NCBI GenBank assembly: GCA_024407725.1
Contig: JAKSVZ010000007.1
Span: 1 to 32,000 of the forward strand
Length of the DNA stretch: 32,000 nucleotides
Reading direction: 5' to 3'
Origin: Opitutales bacterium
GTDB lineage: Bacteria > Verrucomicrobiota > Verrucomicrobiia > Opitutales > UBA9783
Shown here one piece after another: positions 9,258 to 20,437 of the stretch. A model generated the notes under the pieces. It worked only from the letters and a program-made list of their open reading frames with translations. It was not told the origin of the DNA and did no database searches. The position numbers and the translations under genes were made by a program. Position 1 is the first letter of the stretch. Each line of letters starts with the position of its first letter.

Positions 9258-11060
9258 ATGCCAGCAATTCACCTATTAGCCAATACGATTGCTAACCAAA
9301 TCGCTGCCGGCGAAGTTATTGAGCGCCCAGCAAATGTTGTAAAAGAATTGTTGGAAAACAGCCTAGATGCCAAAGCATCGCGCATCAATATTCAGTTTTC
9401 TTCAGGAGGCACCAATCTCATTTCGATTAGTGATAACGGAATCGGCATGGATGCAGTGGATGCGCTGCAATGCTTTAGCACCCATGCAACCAGCAAATTG
9501 CAAACCTTTCAAGATCTGCAACATCTAAACTCGTTTGGATTCCGCGGCGAAGCGCTTCCGTCGATTGCTAGCGTTGCAAAAGTAACCTTGGTTACCCGCA
9601 CCCAAGATCAAGAATTAGGTACCCGCGTCGAAATTGATGGCGAACTAAAACCCAAGCAAATGCCCTGCGCCTGCAATGTAGGAACCACGATAACCGTCAA
9701 ACACCTGTTTTATAACCTACCGGTGCGCCGCACGTTTTTAAAATCCGAATACACCGAAAATGCGCACATTATCGATTGCGTACGTTTGTATGCCGTAGCC
9801 TATCCCCAAATACAGTTGGAGTTAAAGCAGGACGCATCGCTTATCTTTTCTTCCTCCCCTTGCTCTACGCTCGAACAGCGCATCCATGAAATTTGGCCCA
9901 AACAAAACGCAAAAAACTGGATTCCTCTGCAGTACGAATCCAAAATCGGTTCCTTATCTGGCGTTATTAGCGCCCCTGGAACAGGAGAAACAAGCTCGCA
10001 AGCGATTCGTATTTTTCTCAATCAACGACCCATTGCACAAAGTGCGTTTTCGCGCGCCATTCTTGAGGGTTATCAAGGATTTATTCCTCCTCAACTCTTC
10101 CCGTTGGTCTTCCTGTTTTTAACGCTCCCGACCAACACCTTTGATGTTAATGTTCATCCGATGAAAAAAGAGGTGCGGTTTAAGCAAGAAGCTACCGTTC
10201 ATGCGTTCATCATAGACGCCATCCGTAAAACGTTAACCGACCATCAAAGCTCCAGCGTAAGCATTCAAAGCGTACCGACGCCCTCAAAACCCAACGCACC
10301 GGAGCCCTTGGTCAACGCTAAGTCCCAACCGATAACGCGCCCAACCCAACCGACACCCTCAGTGGACATTGCTCGGTGGGTTTCAAACCCCGTACCGAAA
10401 AACCCAATCCAATCGCTTGGATCGGTTTCAACCCCCCTGAGGGCTCAACCAACTCCTACGGTTCAACCACCCGCTTCTGAACCCCCTGTATTTCCTCTGA
10501 AGCTGATTACCGTATGGCAAAACCGCTATGCTTTCTTCGACGAAAGCCCGATTTTGGTCATTCTGGATTGCAAAGGTGCTCAAATGCGCATTTGGTACGA
10601 AGGCATCGTGCGCCTTTTGAAAAAAGAGCAAGTTGGCCCCCTACAAACCTTATTATACCCATACGTATTTTCGCTGGACGGCCCGCAAGCAATGGCCTTT
10701 GCAGAAGCGATTGATTACCTAAATCTCCGAAAAGTTTGTCTCGCAAAAGCGTTACCAACCGGTCAATTTCAAATCGATGCCATCCCTCAATGGCTCCCCT
10801 TGGAACAAATCCAATTGTTCGTCCATCAAACCTCGCACGCGCTCATCGAATGGGGACAAATGCAATCCATCGAACGACAATTGAATTCTTTACTGTTGAA
10901 GTTGGTGCAGCAGCAAAAATTTTCAGAAGTGACAACCGCCGAACAGGTTAAATCCATCTGCGAAGAGCTTAAAACCTGCTCGAATTACGTTACTACCCCC
11001 AATGGCTCTTCCATTTGGAATCGACTTTCTCCGCAAGAGCTTATGAAAAGCAAAGCGTAA
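9258..11060 (+). CDS. mutL: DNA mismatch repair protein MutL
   Basis: 600 aa. GHKL ATPase motifs are IAAGEVIERPANVVKELLENSLDA, DNGIGM and FGFRGEAL. A Pro/Thr/Gln-rich linker precedes the C-terminal dimerisation domain. Confidence 0.92.
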   Translation: MPAIHLLANTIANQIAAGEVIERPANVVKELLENSLDAKASRINIQFSSGGTNLISISDNGIGMDAVDALQCFSTHATSKLQTFQDLQHLNSFGFRGEALPSIASVAKVTLVTRTQDQELGTRVEIDGELKPKQMPCACNVGTTITVKHLFYNLPVRRTFLKSEYTENAHIIDCVRLYAVAYPQIQLELKQDASLIFSSSPCSTLEQRIHEIWPKQNAKNWIPLQYESKIGSLSGVISAPGTGETSSQAIRIFLNQRPIAQSAFSRAILEGYQGFIPPQLFPLVFLFLTLPTNTFDVNVHPMKKEVRFKQEATVHAFIIDAIRKTLTDHQSSSVSIQSVPTPSKPNAPEPLVNAKSQPITRPTQPTPSVDIARWVSNPVPKNPIQSLGSVSTPLRAQPTPTVQPPASEPPVFPLKLITVWQNRYAFFDESPILVILDCKGAQMRIWYEGIVRLLKKEQVGPLQTLLYPYVFSLDGPQAMAFAEAIDYLNLRKVCLAKALPTGQFQIDAIPQWLPLEQIQLFVHQTSHALIEWGQMQSIERQLNSLLLKLVQQQKFSEVTTAEQVKSICEELKTCSNYVTTPNGSSIWNRLSPQELMKSKA

Positions 11061-11081
11061 GCACTGTTGCTTTAACCTAAA

Positions 11082-12905
11082 TTACTGCTTAAATTCTGGG
11101 ATATAGCGGCGTATAAAGGGAAGCACTTCCGCATCTGATTGAAGCGCTTGAGCCTGTTGTAAACAATCCAAGGACGAAAATTGCCCCAATGCTTCCTGTT
11201 TGAAGATACCAATCAAGGGGTTAGCCGTTAAGGTTACTTGTTCGGCATTGAAAACCAAATCCTCATGCAACTTTTCCCCTGGGCGCGGCCCTGTAAATAC
11301 AATTTGAACATCAGTTCCAACGGTTAAATGATTGAGCTCAATCATCCGTTTAGCCACCTCCACTATTTTAACCGGTTGCCCCATATCCAAAACATAAATA
11401 ACCCCGCTTGCTTTTTTGAAAGTAAAGGCTTCCAAAATCAAGCTTACCGCCTCCGGTATGGTCATAAAAAACCGCGTCATATCCGGATGAGTAACCGTTA
11501 AAGGTCCCCCGCGCGCCAATTGCTCACGAAAGGTTTGCAACACACTCCCAGAAGAACCCAAAACATTGCCGAAACGCACCGCCACAAATTGAGTTGAATG
11601 GCTCACATGCTGCATTCCCATACACATCAACTCACAAAGGCGCTTACTGGCCCCCATAAAATTGTAAGGCTTAATGGCCTTATCGGTCGAAATAAGTACA
11701 AAATGCTTCACTCCCAATTCGCATGCATAGCGCGCAAGCAATCCCGTACCGACCACATTGTTTTTAATCGCTACTAACGGCTGATCTTCCAACAAAGGTA
11801 CATGTTTATAAGCAGCCGCATGGAAAATAATATCCGGTCGGTAATGCGTTAAACATTGCTTCAAATCCGCTTCGTGCGTAATGTTTAACAAAACCGGTTC
11901 GCATGCATGCCCATTGCGCAATAAATCCTGCTGGATTTTGAACAAATTAAATTCCGAATGATCGATTAAAATCAATTGTTTGGGTGAACGTTCGCTAATT
12001 TGACGGGATAATTCACTGCCAATAGAACCGCCCGCGCCCGTAACACAAACAACCTGCCCTTCAAGCTCACGCTGAATACCGCTCAAATCCAATTTAATAG
12101 GATCGCGAACCAAAAAATCCTCTACATCCAATTCGTGCAATTGGGTCGCATGAACTTCCCCTTTTAAAAAATTATCTGCCGAAGGAATATTAAAAATCTT
12201 CAAACGCAGAGCTTTCGCGCGCTCCACCAATTCTAAAAAGCGTTTTTGGGGTATTACTCCCGTAAAAATTACACCCTGAATGTTATATTTTTCGACCAAA
12301 TCCTGCAATAGATCAGGCGAACCACAAACCGGCACTGAATGTAATTCCTTACCGAAGTACTTAGGGTTATCATCCAGTACAATGATCGGCTTAATTTTAA
12401 GGAAGGAGCGTTCCTTCAATTCTGCAATTAAATGCGACGTAGACTCATTGATACCAATCAATGCGACCCGAGTAACAAAGGGGGTTTTCGATTCAGAATC
12501 AATTTCGACAAAATGTGCATGAATCAACCGTACGAATGCACGAACAAAGAACACAAAGAGAATTGAGAATAATAGATCCGATAAAATGACCTCGCGCTGT
12601 GGAATCCAATACGGGACTTGATAATACCGAAAGCACAACTCTCCAAAAGCAATGGTGGTTAGGCACGCAATGATTTTGGCCAAATCGGGAAAGCGAAAAT
12701 AAGCGAATAAATTGCGGAATTCTCCCGCTGCGTATAATACGGCTACTTTTATCGATACAATCCACAAAGCACCCGTCCACATAATGGGCTGGATGTACCG
12801 CGGGAGCATGAAACAATATTTTATGTGATAAGCCAGCAGGAAACTACCCAACAAACACAGGTAGTACCCGCTGATCTTAATACATAAATTCAATAAATCT
12901 CTCAT
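11082..12905 (-). CDS. Membrane-anchored polysaccharide biosynthesis protein, CapD/PglF/WbpM-like nucleotide-sugar 4,6-dehydratase
   Basis: 607 aa. Four or so N-terminal TM helices are followed by an SDR domain with VTGAGGSIGSEL, AAAYKHVP and STDKA motifs, as in CapD/PglF/WbpM. Confidence 0.85.
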   Translation of the reverse strand: MRDLLNLCIKISGYYLCLLGSFLLAYHIKYCFMLPRYIQPIMWTGALWIVSIKVAVLYAAGEFRNLFAYFRFPDLAKIIACLTTIAFGELCFRYYQVPYWIPQREVILSDLLFSILFVFFVRAFVRLIHAHFVEIDSESKTPFVTRVALIGINESTSHLIAELKERSFLKIKPIIVLDDNPKYFGKELHSVPVCGSPDLLQDLVEKYNIQGVIFTGVIPQKRFLELVERAKALRLKIFNIPSADNFLKGEVHATQLHELDVEDFLVRDPIKLDLSGIQRELEGQVVCVTGAGGSIGSELSRQISERSPKQLILIDHSEFNLFKIQQDLLRNGHACEPVLLNITHEADLKQCLTHYRPDIIFHAAAYKHVPLLEDQPLVAIKNNVVGTGLLARYACELGVKHFVLISTDKAIKPYNFMGASKRLCELMCMGMQHVSHSTQFVAVRFGNVLGSSGSVLQTFREQLARGGPLTVTHPDMTRFFMTIPEAVSLILEAFTFKKASGVIYVLDMGQPVKIVEVAKRMIELNHLTVGTDVQIVFTGPRPGEKLHEDLVFNAEQVTLTANPLIGIFKQEALGQFSSLDCLQQAQALQSDAEVLPFIRRYIPEFKQ

Positions 12906-12920
12906 TTAAGAGAGGAATGA

Positions 12921-14588
12921 TTAAGCATCCTTATGATAAACCTGATCAAAGGCATCGCTTAAGCTGGTCAATTCTTGTCCTGCCGGTATAGCATTCAAGG
13001 ATTTAACCTCTTCAGAGAAGCGCGAATCATCGTACTTCAACGCCTTGGTCGACAAGCAAATACGACGCTCTTTCTTATCAATTTTAATGATACGAGCCTC
13101 GATTTCGTCTCCAACTTTATAGGTTTCCTTTAAGTTCTTACCTTGCAGATCTTCCATTTGAGCCATCGGGATGAATCCATCGATTCCTCCTTCAAAGCCT
13201 ACAAACACACCACGTTCGATAACCTTAACAATCTTATTTTTAACGACTTTACCTACGTGATATAAGGTTTCAATGTCTTCCCATGGATCCTTGGTTAGCT
13301 GCTTAACGCCCAAAGAAATTTGATGCTTTTCGGTGTCCACGTCTAATACAACCGCTTCTACCTCATCGCCTTCCTTAAATAGATCACTGGGCTTATTAAC
13401 TTTATGAGTCCAATCCATTTGGGATACGTGGATCATTCCATCAATCCCTTCTGCAAGCTTAACAAACACACCAAAGGGGGTTAAATTACAAACCGTACCC
13501 TTTACACGAGCTCCCTTAGGATAATCATATTGAACGGTATCCCAAGGATTTTGGGTCAATTGACGCAAGCTGAGCAATAACGTTTGGGTATCTTTATTAA
13601 CCTCCACAACTTTAGCATCCACCTCATCCCCTTCGTGAAGCATTTCACTTGCCTTATGGAAGCGCTTGGTCCAAGATAACTCGCTCACCTTAATAAATCC
13701 TTCAAGACCCTCTGCAACCTTAACATAAGCGCCACGATCCAATACGGTAGAAACCGTTCCGTGAACCGTCATGCCAACAGGGAATTGTTGATCCATATGT
13801 TCCCATGGGTTCTTCTGAAGCTGCTTCATACCAACCGAAATCCGTTCTTGTTCCAAATCGACTTCGATTACCATAACCTCAACCTCATCACCCACTTTGA
13901 GCTTATCACTAGGACGAGCAATGCGCTCCCAAGAAATGTTGGTGATATGCAGGAATCCATCGATACCGTCGAGGTCAATAAAGGCTCCGAAATCGGTAAC
14001 GTTCTTCACGATTCCCTTGCAAACACAACCCACAGTCAGTTTGCTTAACGCTTCCTGACGCTTTTGTTTCCGATGGTCTTCAATCAATTCCCTACGTGAA
14101 ACAACAATGTTCTTATGCGCGCGATTGATCTTGATAATTTTTACATCTACCGTTTGACCGATATACTGCTCTAAATTCTTAGGAGCTACCACGTCCACAT
14201 GAGAAGCTGGGCAAAAAGCATCAACACCGATATAGATAACCAAACCGCCATTGATTTTGGATTTGACCACTCCAGCTAACTCAGTGCCTTCGGAACATTT
14301 CTCCAAAATAATCTCCCAGTTCTTCTGTTGCTGCGCTCGGCTGTAAGATACCACCGGACGTCCATCGACTGATTCTACGCGATCCACATAAACCTCAATC
14401 GAATCCCCAACCTTCATATCGTCCAACTGTAAAAATTCACTCGTTGGCACCAAGCACTCTGATTTTGCGCCGATATCTACGGTTACTCCATCCTCGCGGA
14501 TGCCGGTAATTGTTCCCGGAACAATACTATTGGCCTTTAACCGTTTAAAGGTGTCTGCATTCAACAGACGATCCATTACTTCTGACAT
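12921..14588 (-). CDS. rpsA: 30S ribosomal protein S1
   Basis: 555 aa. Six repeated S1 (OB-fold) domains, each with a G.V..V..FGAF(V/I).L...(D/E)G(L/M/F)(I/L)H.S(E/Q) pattern. A GAGGA SD lies upstream of the ATG. Confidence 0.93.
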   Translation of the reverse strand: MSEVMDRLLNADTFKRLKANSIVPGTITGIREDGVTVDIGAKSECLVPTSEFLQLDDMKVGDSIEVYVDRVESVDGRPVVSYSRAQQQKNWEIILEKCSEGTELAGVVKSKINGGLVIYIGVDAFCPASHVDVVAPKNLEQYIGQTVDVKIIKINRAHKNIVVSRRELIEDHRKQKRQEALSKLTVGCVCKGIVKNVTDFGAFIDLDGIDGFLHITNISWERIARPSDKLKVGDEVEVMVIEVDLEQERISVGMKQLQKNPWEHMDQQFPVGMTVHGTVSTVLDRGAYVKVAEGLEGFIKVSELSWTKRFHKASEMLHEGDEVDAKVVEVNKDTQTLLLSLRQLTQNPWDTVQYDYPKGARVKGTVCNLTPFGVFVKLAEGIDGMIHVSQMDWTHKVNKPSDLFKEGDEVEAVVLDVDTEKHQISLGVKQLTKDPWEDIETLYHVGKVVKNKIVKVIERGVFVGFEGGIDGFIPMAQMEDLQGKNLKETYKVGDEIEARIIKIDKKERRICLSTKALKYDDSRFSEEVKSLNAIPAGQELTSLSDAFDQVYHKDA

Positions 14589-14684
14589 ATTATTAAATCC
14601 TCACAAAAGAATTGAATCATTAATTCTTTTACCTTTAAACTTTGAGGAAAGTTCAAAGTAATAGCAAGTAATTTTATCGTAAAT

Positions 14685-15617
14685 ATGAACGAGGCTCTAA
14701 AAAACATTCTAAAATCAATCCCTTTCGTACGTAATACTCTTAATAATTATCAGCTATCCCATAACAAAAACGGAATTGCATCCTATCGCATCACTAAGCG
14801 CAAAATTCAGCGGTTTATTGACTTGCTTAACAACGATTACCCTCAGGTACACATTAATTTATTATGTATAGGAGCACGAGGTGGATGGAATAATTGCTCA
14901 ATCGCCGTCCAAAATATATGGGGAGCATTAGCTAATTTTAACAACAAAACCACCTACGGCATTGAACCCGAACCATCGGAAGCCGAAAGGTTACTAAAAA
15001 GCGGTGAGTTCGATAAAATTTACCCTTATGCTATCTACAATCATACGGGACCGGCAACCTTGTATATAACCAACTGGATAGGATGCTCTGGGATCACAGA
15101 ACCCAACACAGAATTTCTCAACCAGTACCATTCCGAATGGGCCGATTGGTGGACAACAACAAAAACTGCATCGGTTCAGGTCAAGGCTCCACAAGATATC
15201 CTTGAAGACATTCCCTATGATTACTGTAATAGCGGACTTATGGGGCCTGAATATGAGATATTCAGCGCTATGCATGACTCCTTCTTTCAGCGTTCAACCT
15301 GCATTCAATTACTCACGCACGCCATTCCTTTTTACAAAAATCAACATACCTTTGGAGACATTTTTAACTTCTTTAAGGACAAGCATTTTATACCTATTTC
15401 TATCGTAAAAAACCCATTATTTTCAGATCTAGAAGTCCATCATACGTTAACCTTTGTAAAATCCCCAACCGAGATCAAAACGTTGGATCAGCTACTCAAG
15501 CACTGCCTCATCGGGATGATGCTACAAAAGCCCTATTATGTAAGCTATTTGCTCAATAAATTCCGTTCATTGTTCCCGAACGAACAAGCTTATCGGAAAA
15601 TTTGGCGTTATGTATAA
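14685..15617 (+). CDS. FkbM-like methyltransferase paralogue 2 (motif-degenerate)
   Basis: 310 aa, collinear with 6759-7751. Aligned blocks are YGIEPEPSEAERL / YGVEPDPEEAERL, ATLYIT / GTLYIP, FIPISI / FIPLYT and LDQLLKHCLIGMMLQKPYYVSYLL / LEQCLKHCLVGFMTNKPHYVAYIL. The KLDIHGAE motif is replaced by NSGLMGPE. Confidence 0.5.
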   Translation: MNEALKNILKSIPFVRNTLNNYQLSHNKNGIASYRITKRKIQRFIDLLNNDYPQVHINLLCIGARGGWNNCSIAVQNIWGALANFNNKTTYGIEPEPSEAERLLKSGEFDKIYPYAIYNHTGPATLYITNWIGCSGITEPNTEFLNQYHSEWADWWTTTKTASVQVKAPQDILEDIPYDYCNSGLMGPEYEIFSAMHDSFFQRSTCIQLLTHAIPFYKNQHTFGDIFNFFKDKHFIPISIVKNPLFSDLEVHHTLTFVKSPTEIKTLDQLLKHCLIGMMLQKPYYVSYLLNKFRSLFPNEQAYRKIWRYV

Positions 15618-15647
15618 TTTAAAAGCAGCAAAAATGCTAACAAAAAT

Positions 15648-15724
<77 letters not shown>

Positions 15725-15760
15725 ATGCTTGAAATTAGTTAATAACTAAGGTAAATAACC

Positions 15761-16402
15761 TTATCTGTCAACGTTTTTTCGCAACTTATTGAGCTCTTTT
15801 TGCTTATAGGCAACGAATTGCTCATAGGTACCAAGAGAATGCCGATAAAAGCATTTATGTACCCAACACGTTACTAACGCACACGCGATCCCAATAAGAC
15901 TACCGCCGATACAAGCCAAGCAAAAGCCGCCAGCACCGATTGAAATCAAGGTTCCCCAAGAACCGCTTTTAATGGCCAACAGCAGGTCTTGCAAATTTGC
16001 CTGTTCAATAAAAGCTATACGGAACGGCAACCAACCACATAACCACTTACCCGTATAGAACTCCAGCGGGTACATAAATCCGATAGTCAATGGGTTAGAA
16101 ATCAACTGTAACGCAATTAAAACCAGCAAATTCGCGCGACACAGGAGCGCCAACAGAATCGCACAAGGAATTTGAATCCCCATCACTGGCCACCAGGTCA
16201 AAATCCAACCGGCGTAATACGCATTACGCATGGATGGATAAGCAAACGACCATAGATAGGGAACGAAAAATAACGAACCAAATTTTCTAAAGATGAAATA
16301 TTTCCGCAACGTGGCACGCGATGGGCAATAGCGCAAAAACTTCTTGATCCGCTGCCAACGCTTATTCCTTAAAACTTCCCACTCTTGCTTGAAAGGCTCC
16401 AT
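15761..16402 (-). CDS. DUF2062-family integral membrane protein
   Basis: 213 aa. The core GWILTWWPVMGIQIPCAILLALLCRANLLVLIALQLISNPLTIGFMYPLEFYTG matches the DUF2062 pattern (G.Q...A..LA...R.N.......ISNPLT...Y) as I remember it. It lies between tRNA-Cys and tRNA-fMet on the same strand. Confidence 0.6.
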   Translation of the reverse strand: MEPFKQEWEVLRNKRWQRIKKFLRYCPSRATLRKYFIFRKFGSLFFVPYLWSFAYPSMRNAYYAGWILTWWPVMGIQIPCAILLALLCRANLLVLIALQLISNPLTIGFMYPLEFYTGKWLCGWLPFRIAFIEQANLQDLLLAIKSGSWGTLISIGAGGFCLACIGGSLIGIACALVTCWVHKCFYRHSLGTYEQFVAYKQKELNKLRKNVDR

Positions 16403-16414
16403 CAGTCCTTACCT

Positions 16415-16489
16415 TGGAGGCACGGGTCGGAATCGGACCGACGTATAGAAGTTTTGCAGACTCCTGCCTTACCACTTGGCTACCGTGCC
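16415..16489 (-). tRNA. tRNA-Cys (anticodon GCA), CCA encoded
   Basis: The minus-strand 75-nt sequence is GGCACGGTAGCCAAGTGGTAAGGCAGGAGTCTGCAAAACTTCTATACGTCGGTCCGATTCCGACCCGTGCCTCCA. The acceptor stem is 7 bp, the anticodon loop is CTGCAAA, and the discriminator is U73, as in tRNA-Cys. Confidence 0.9.
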
Positions 16490-16499
16490 ATTGACAGGT

Positions 16500-16528
16500 A
16501 CTATCACAAAAAACCAACTTGTGCGCAA
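16500..16528 (-). promoter_or_regulatory. Candidate sigma-70-type promoter for tRNA-Cys (and possibly the downstream DUF2062 gene)
   Basis: The minus strand reads TTGCGC-(17 nt)-GATAGT, with the -10 element ending 10 nt before the tRNA 5' end. The match to consensus is weak (3/6 and 4/6). Confidence 0.3.
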
Positions 16529-16532
16529 CCTA

Positions 16533-16568
16533 TTTTTATAAAAATGGGTAAGTTTAAAAAACTTACCC
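16533..16568 (-). terminator. Rho-independent terminator downstream of eno
   Basis: The minus strand has an 8-bp stem, GGGTAAGT-TTTTTAA-ACTTACCC (16546-16568), followed by ATTTTTATAAAAA. It begins 37 nt after the eno stop codon. Confidence 0.6.
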
Positions 16569-16604
16569 AACAATCATCGTAATAAAACCGAATAAACGGC
16601 GGGG

Positions 16605-18778
<2,174 letters not shown>

Positions 18779-18822
18779 GCACTTATTATGATGGTTTTAA
18801 GTGCAAAATGCAAACGATGATG

Positions 18823-19963
18823 CTAATGCTCAGCGGCGACCAACTCCTCAAAGGTATCACGATGAGGATACGCATCTAGAATCTTAAACGCACGCAGGTT
18901 TTCGACACAACGCGCTTCGTATGCATCATAATTTTCTTTAGTTAACCGATGACGATCATGCTCAATACACCACGCCATATAACGGTTGATGTCGGGATGA
19001 TAATGGGCTTCATCGCAATAATTCGCTAAATTGCCAACAAAATGGCAATCATGCCAACCGTAGATTTTAACATTTGGAATATCAGCACAAACGGTAACTA
19101 GGTGGCGCCATAAGGAAAATAAGGCATCGCAATACTGAACTAACGACATTCTCTTTCCACAATCCATTGTGCACACCCTACTATAGGTAGTCCATGCATT
19201 AGGTGTTAATAAGATATAAAACTTGACCAATGGATTTTCTCGGATGACACGCAATATAGTGTTGTTGATTCGTTGATTCGTTGATTCGTTGAGTCGTTGA
19301 ATAAGTATTCAACTTATAAACACTTTGTAAATATTGACAGTGTTTTGCAAAATACCCAAAACTTTGAGAGCAATAAGGAAACCAACTATGAACCTCATTT
19401 AAATTATTCCATGTCCAAAAATGGCTATTATGTTGGGATACGAACCTATGAGTAATGCAGTAAAATGCAGCCAACGAACATATGGTTTTTAGATTAAATA
19501 AACACAAGTAAGGATGGTTAATATAAGGCTTTGCTGCTTCTAATGAAGAGTCTATGCCTGAATCAAGTAAAGATCGAAATGCGTCTATTTCTACAAAACA
19601 ATGTTTTACTTTTTCGGTTGCCAAACCTTTTCTTAACCACATCAACTTCATTTGTAGACTTTGTCCCCCATTGCACAACTTCAGCATGCCTTTAGCCCCA
19701 ACTGCTTTAACTAAATCGCTACCTTTGAAGTTCATCGTGTGCGAAGAACCTACCAAAATACTGTCGTAATCATTGCTTCTTTTGAAGTAGGTTTCAATTT
19801 GACCTAGATTGATTAAGGGTTGACTACCAAACCACAAATTCTTGTTCCACCGCGTCTCATGAAAAATATGATACGGATCTATGAGATACACCATCAACGG
19901 CCCTATTGTCCAAAATAGGAGCGTGAAGATAAAAAAATACAGGATGTTGCGGCGAGAAGACAT
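18823..19963 (-). pseudogene. Frameshift-split gene for a membrane-anchored DltD/SGNH-like protein. It comprises two overlapping ORFs, 19199-19963 and 18823-19254.
   Basis: The upstream ORF has an N-terminal TM helix and an ILVGSSH (GSS-type) motif. The downstream ORF has a C-terminal YCDEAHYHP (DxxH-type) motif. The two reading frames are both open across 19202-19308 and overlap inside an 8-bp tandem repeat. The downstream ORF only has a TTG start in the track. Confidence 0.55.
19261..19300. repeat. Tandem 8-bp repeat GTTGATTC, about 4.6 copies
   Basis: Three perfect units lie at 19264-19287. A fourth unit, GTTGAGTC, is at 19288-19295 with one mismatch. Partial units flank both sides (GTT at 19261-63, GTTGA at 19296-300). 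Confidence 0.9.
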
Positions 19964-19978
19964 AAGACCTATTCAAAG

Positions 19979-20407
19979 TTAATCCAATTCAGGATCCATC
20001 TGAATAAACCATATCGGTTCTTTGGATTTACACCATAAACGTTGTTCTTTAAAAACTTTCGCAGGAATTCGAGTACATGCTTCACTCAAGTTATTAACTG
20101 CATAGCGCCTGCCACTTTTCGACAAACGGAATGACTTTAAAGATTCCATAAGCTTATCCTGAACCGACTGAGGGGCTTCATCTGCAGGAATTTGGAAAAT
20201 CCAACAAGCCTTTGTAGCCATACCCTCATCCGACGATGATCCGACAACAACAAATTGCTTTTTAATCGGTTTTTGCTTAACTGCCTCTCGCTCATCAGCT
20301 TTATCTTCAGCAGCCGATTGAATTTCATCCAAAAGCTCACTCACAACCCCACTTTCTAGGTCTGAATGCCTTAAAATACGCTTAACCACTTCCAAATCTA
20401 CTTTCAT
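19979..20407 (-). CDS. Hypothetical 142-aa soluble protein with no recognisable domain
   Basis: ATG start. Packing is operon-like: 30 nt after the upstream gene and 15 nt before the downstream gene. It has a charged N-terminal helix, an acidic/lysine-rich linker, and a C-terminal region WIFQIPADE...RRYAVNNLSEACTRIPAKVF. I recognise no family. Confidence 0.55.
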   Translation of the reverse strand: MKVDLEVVKRILRHSDLESGVVSELLDEIQSAAEDKADEREAVKQKPIKKQFVVVGSSSDEGMATKACWIFQIPADEAPQSVQDKLMESLKSFRLSKSGRRYAVNNLSEACTRIPAKVFKEQRLWCKSKEPIWFIQMDPELD

Positions 20408-20437
20408 CCAACCCTCCTGCTTAAAAATTGCACCTTT

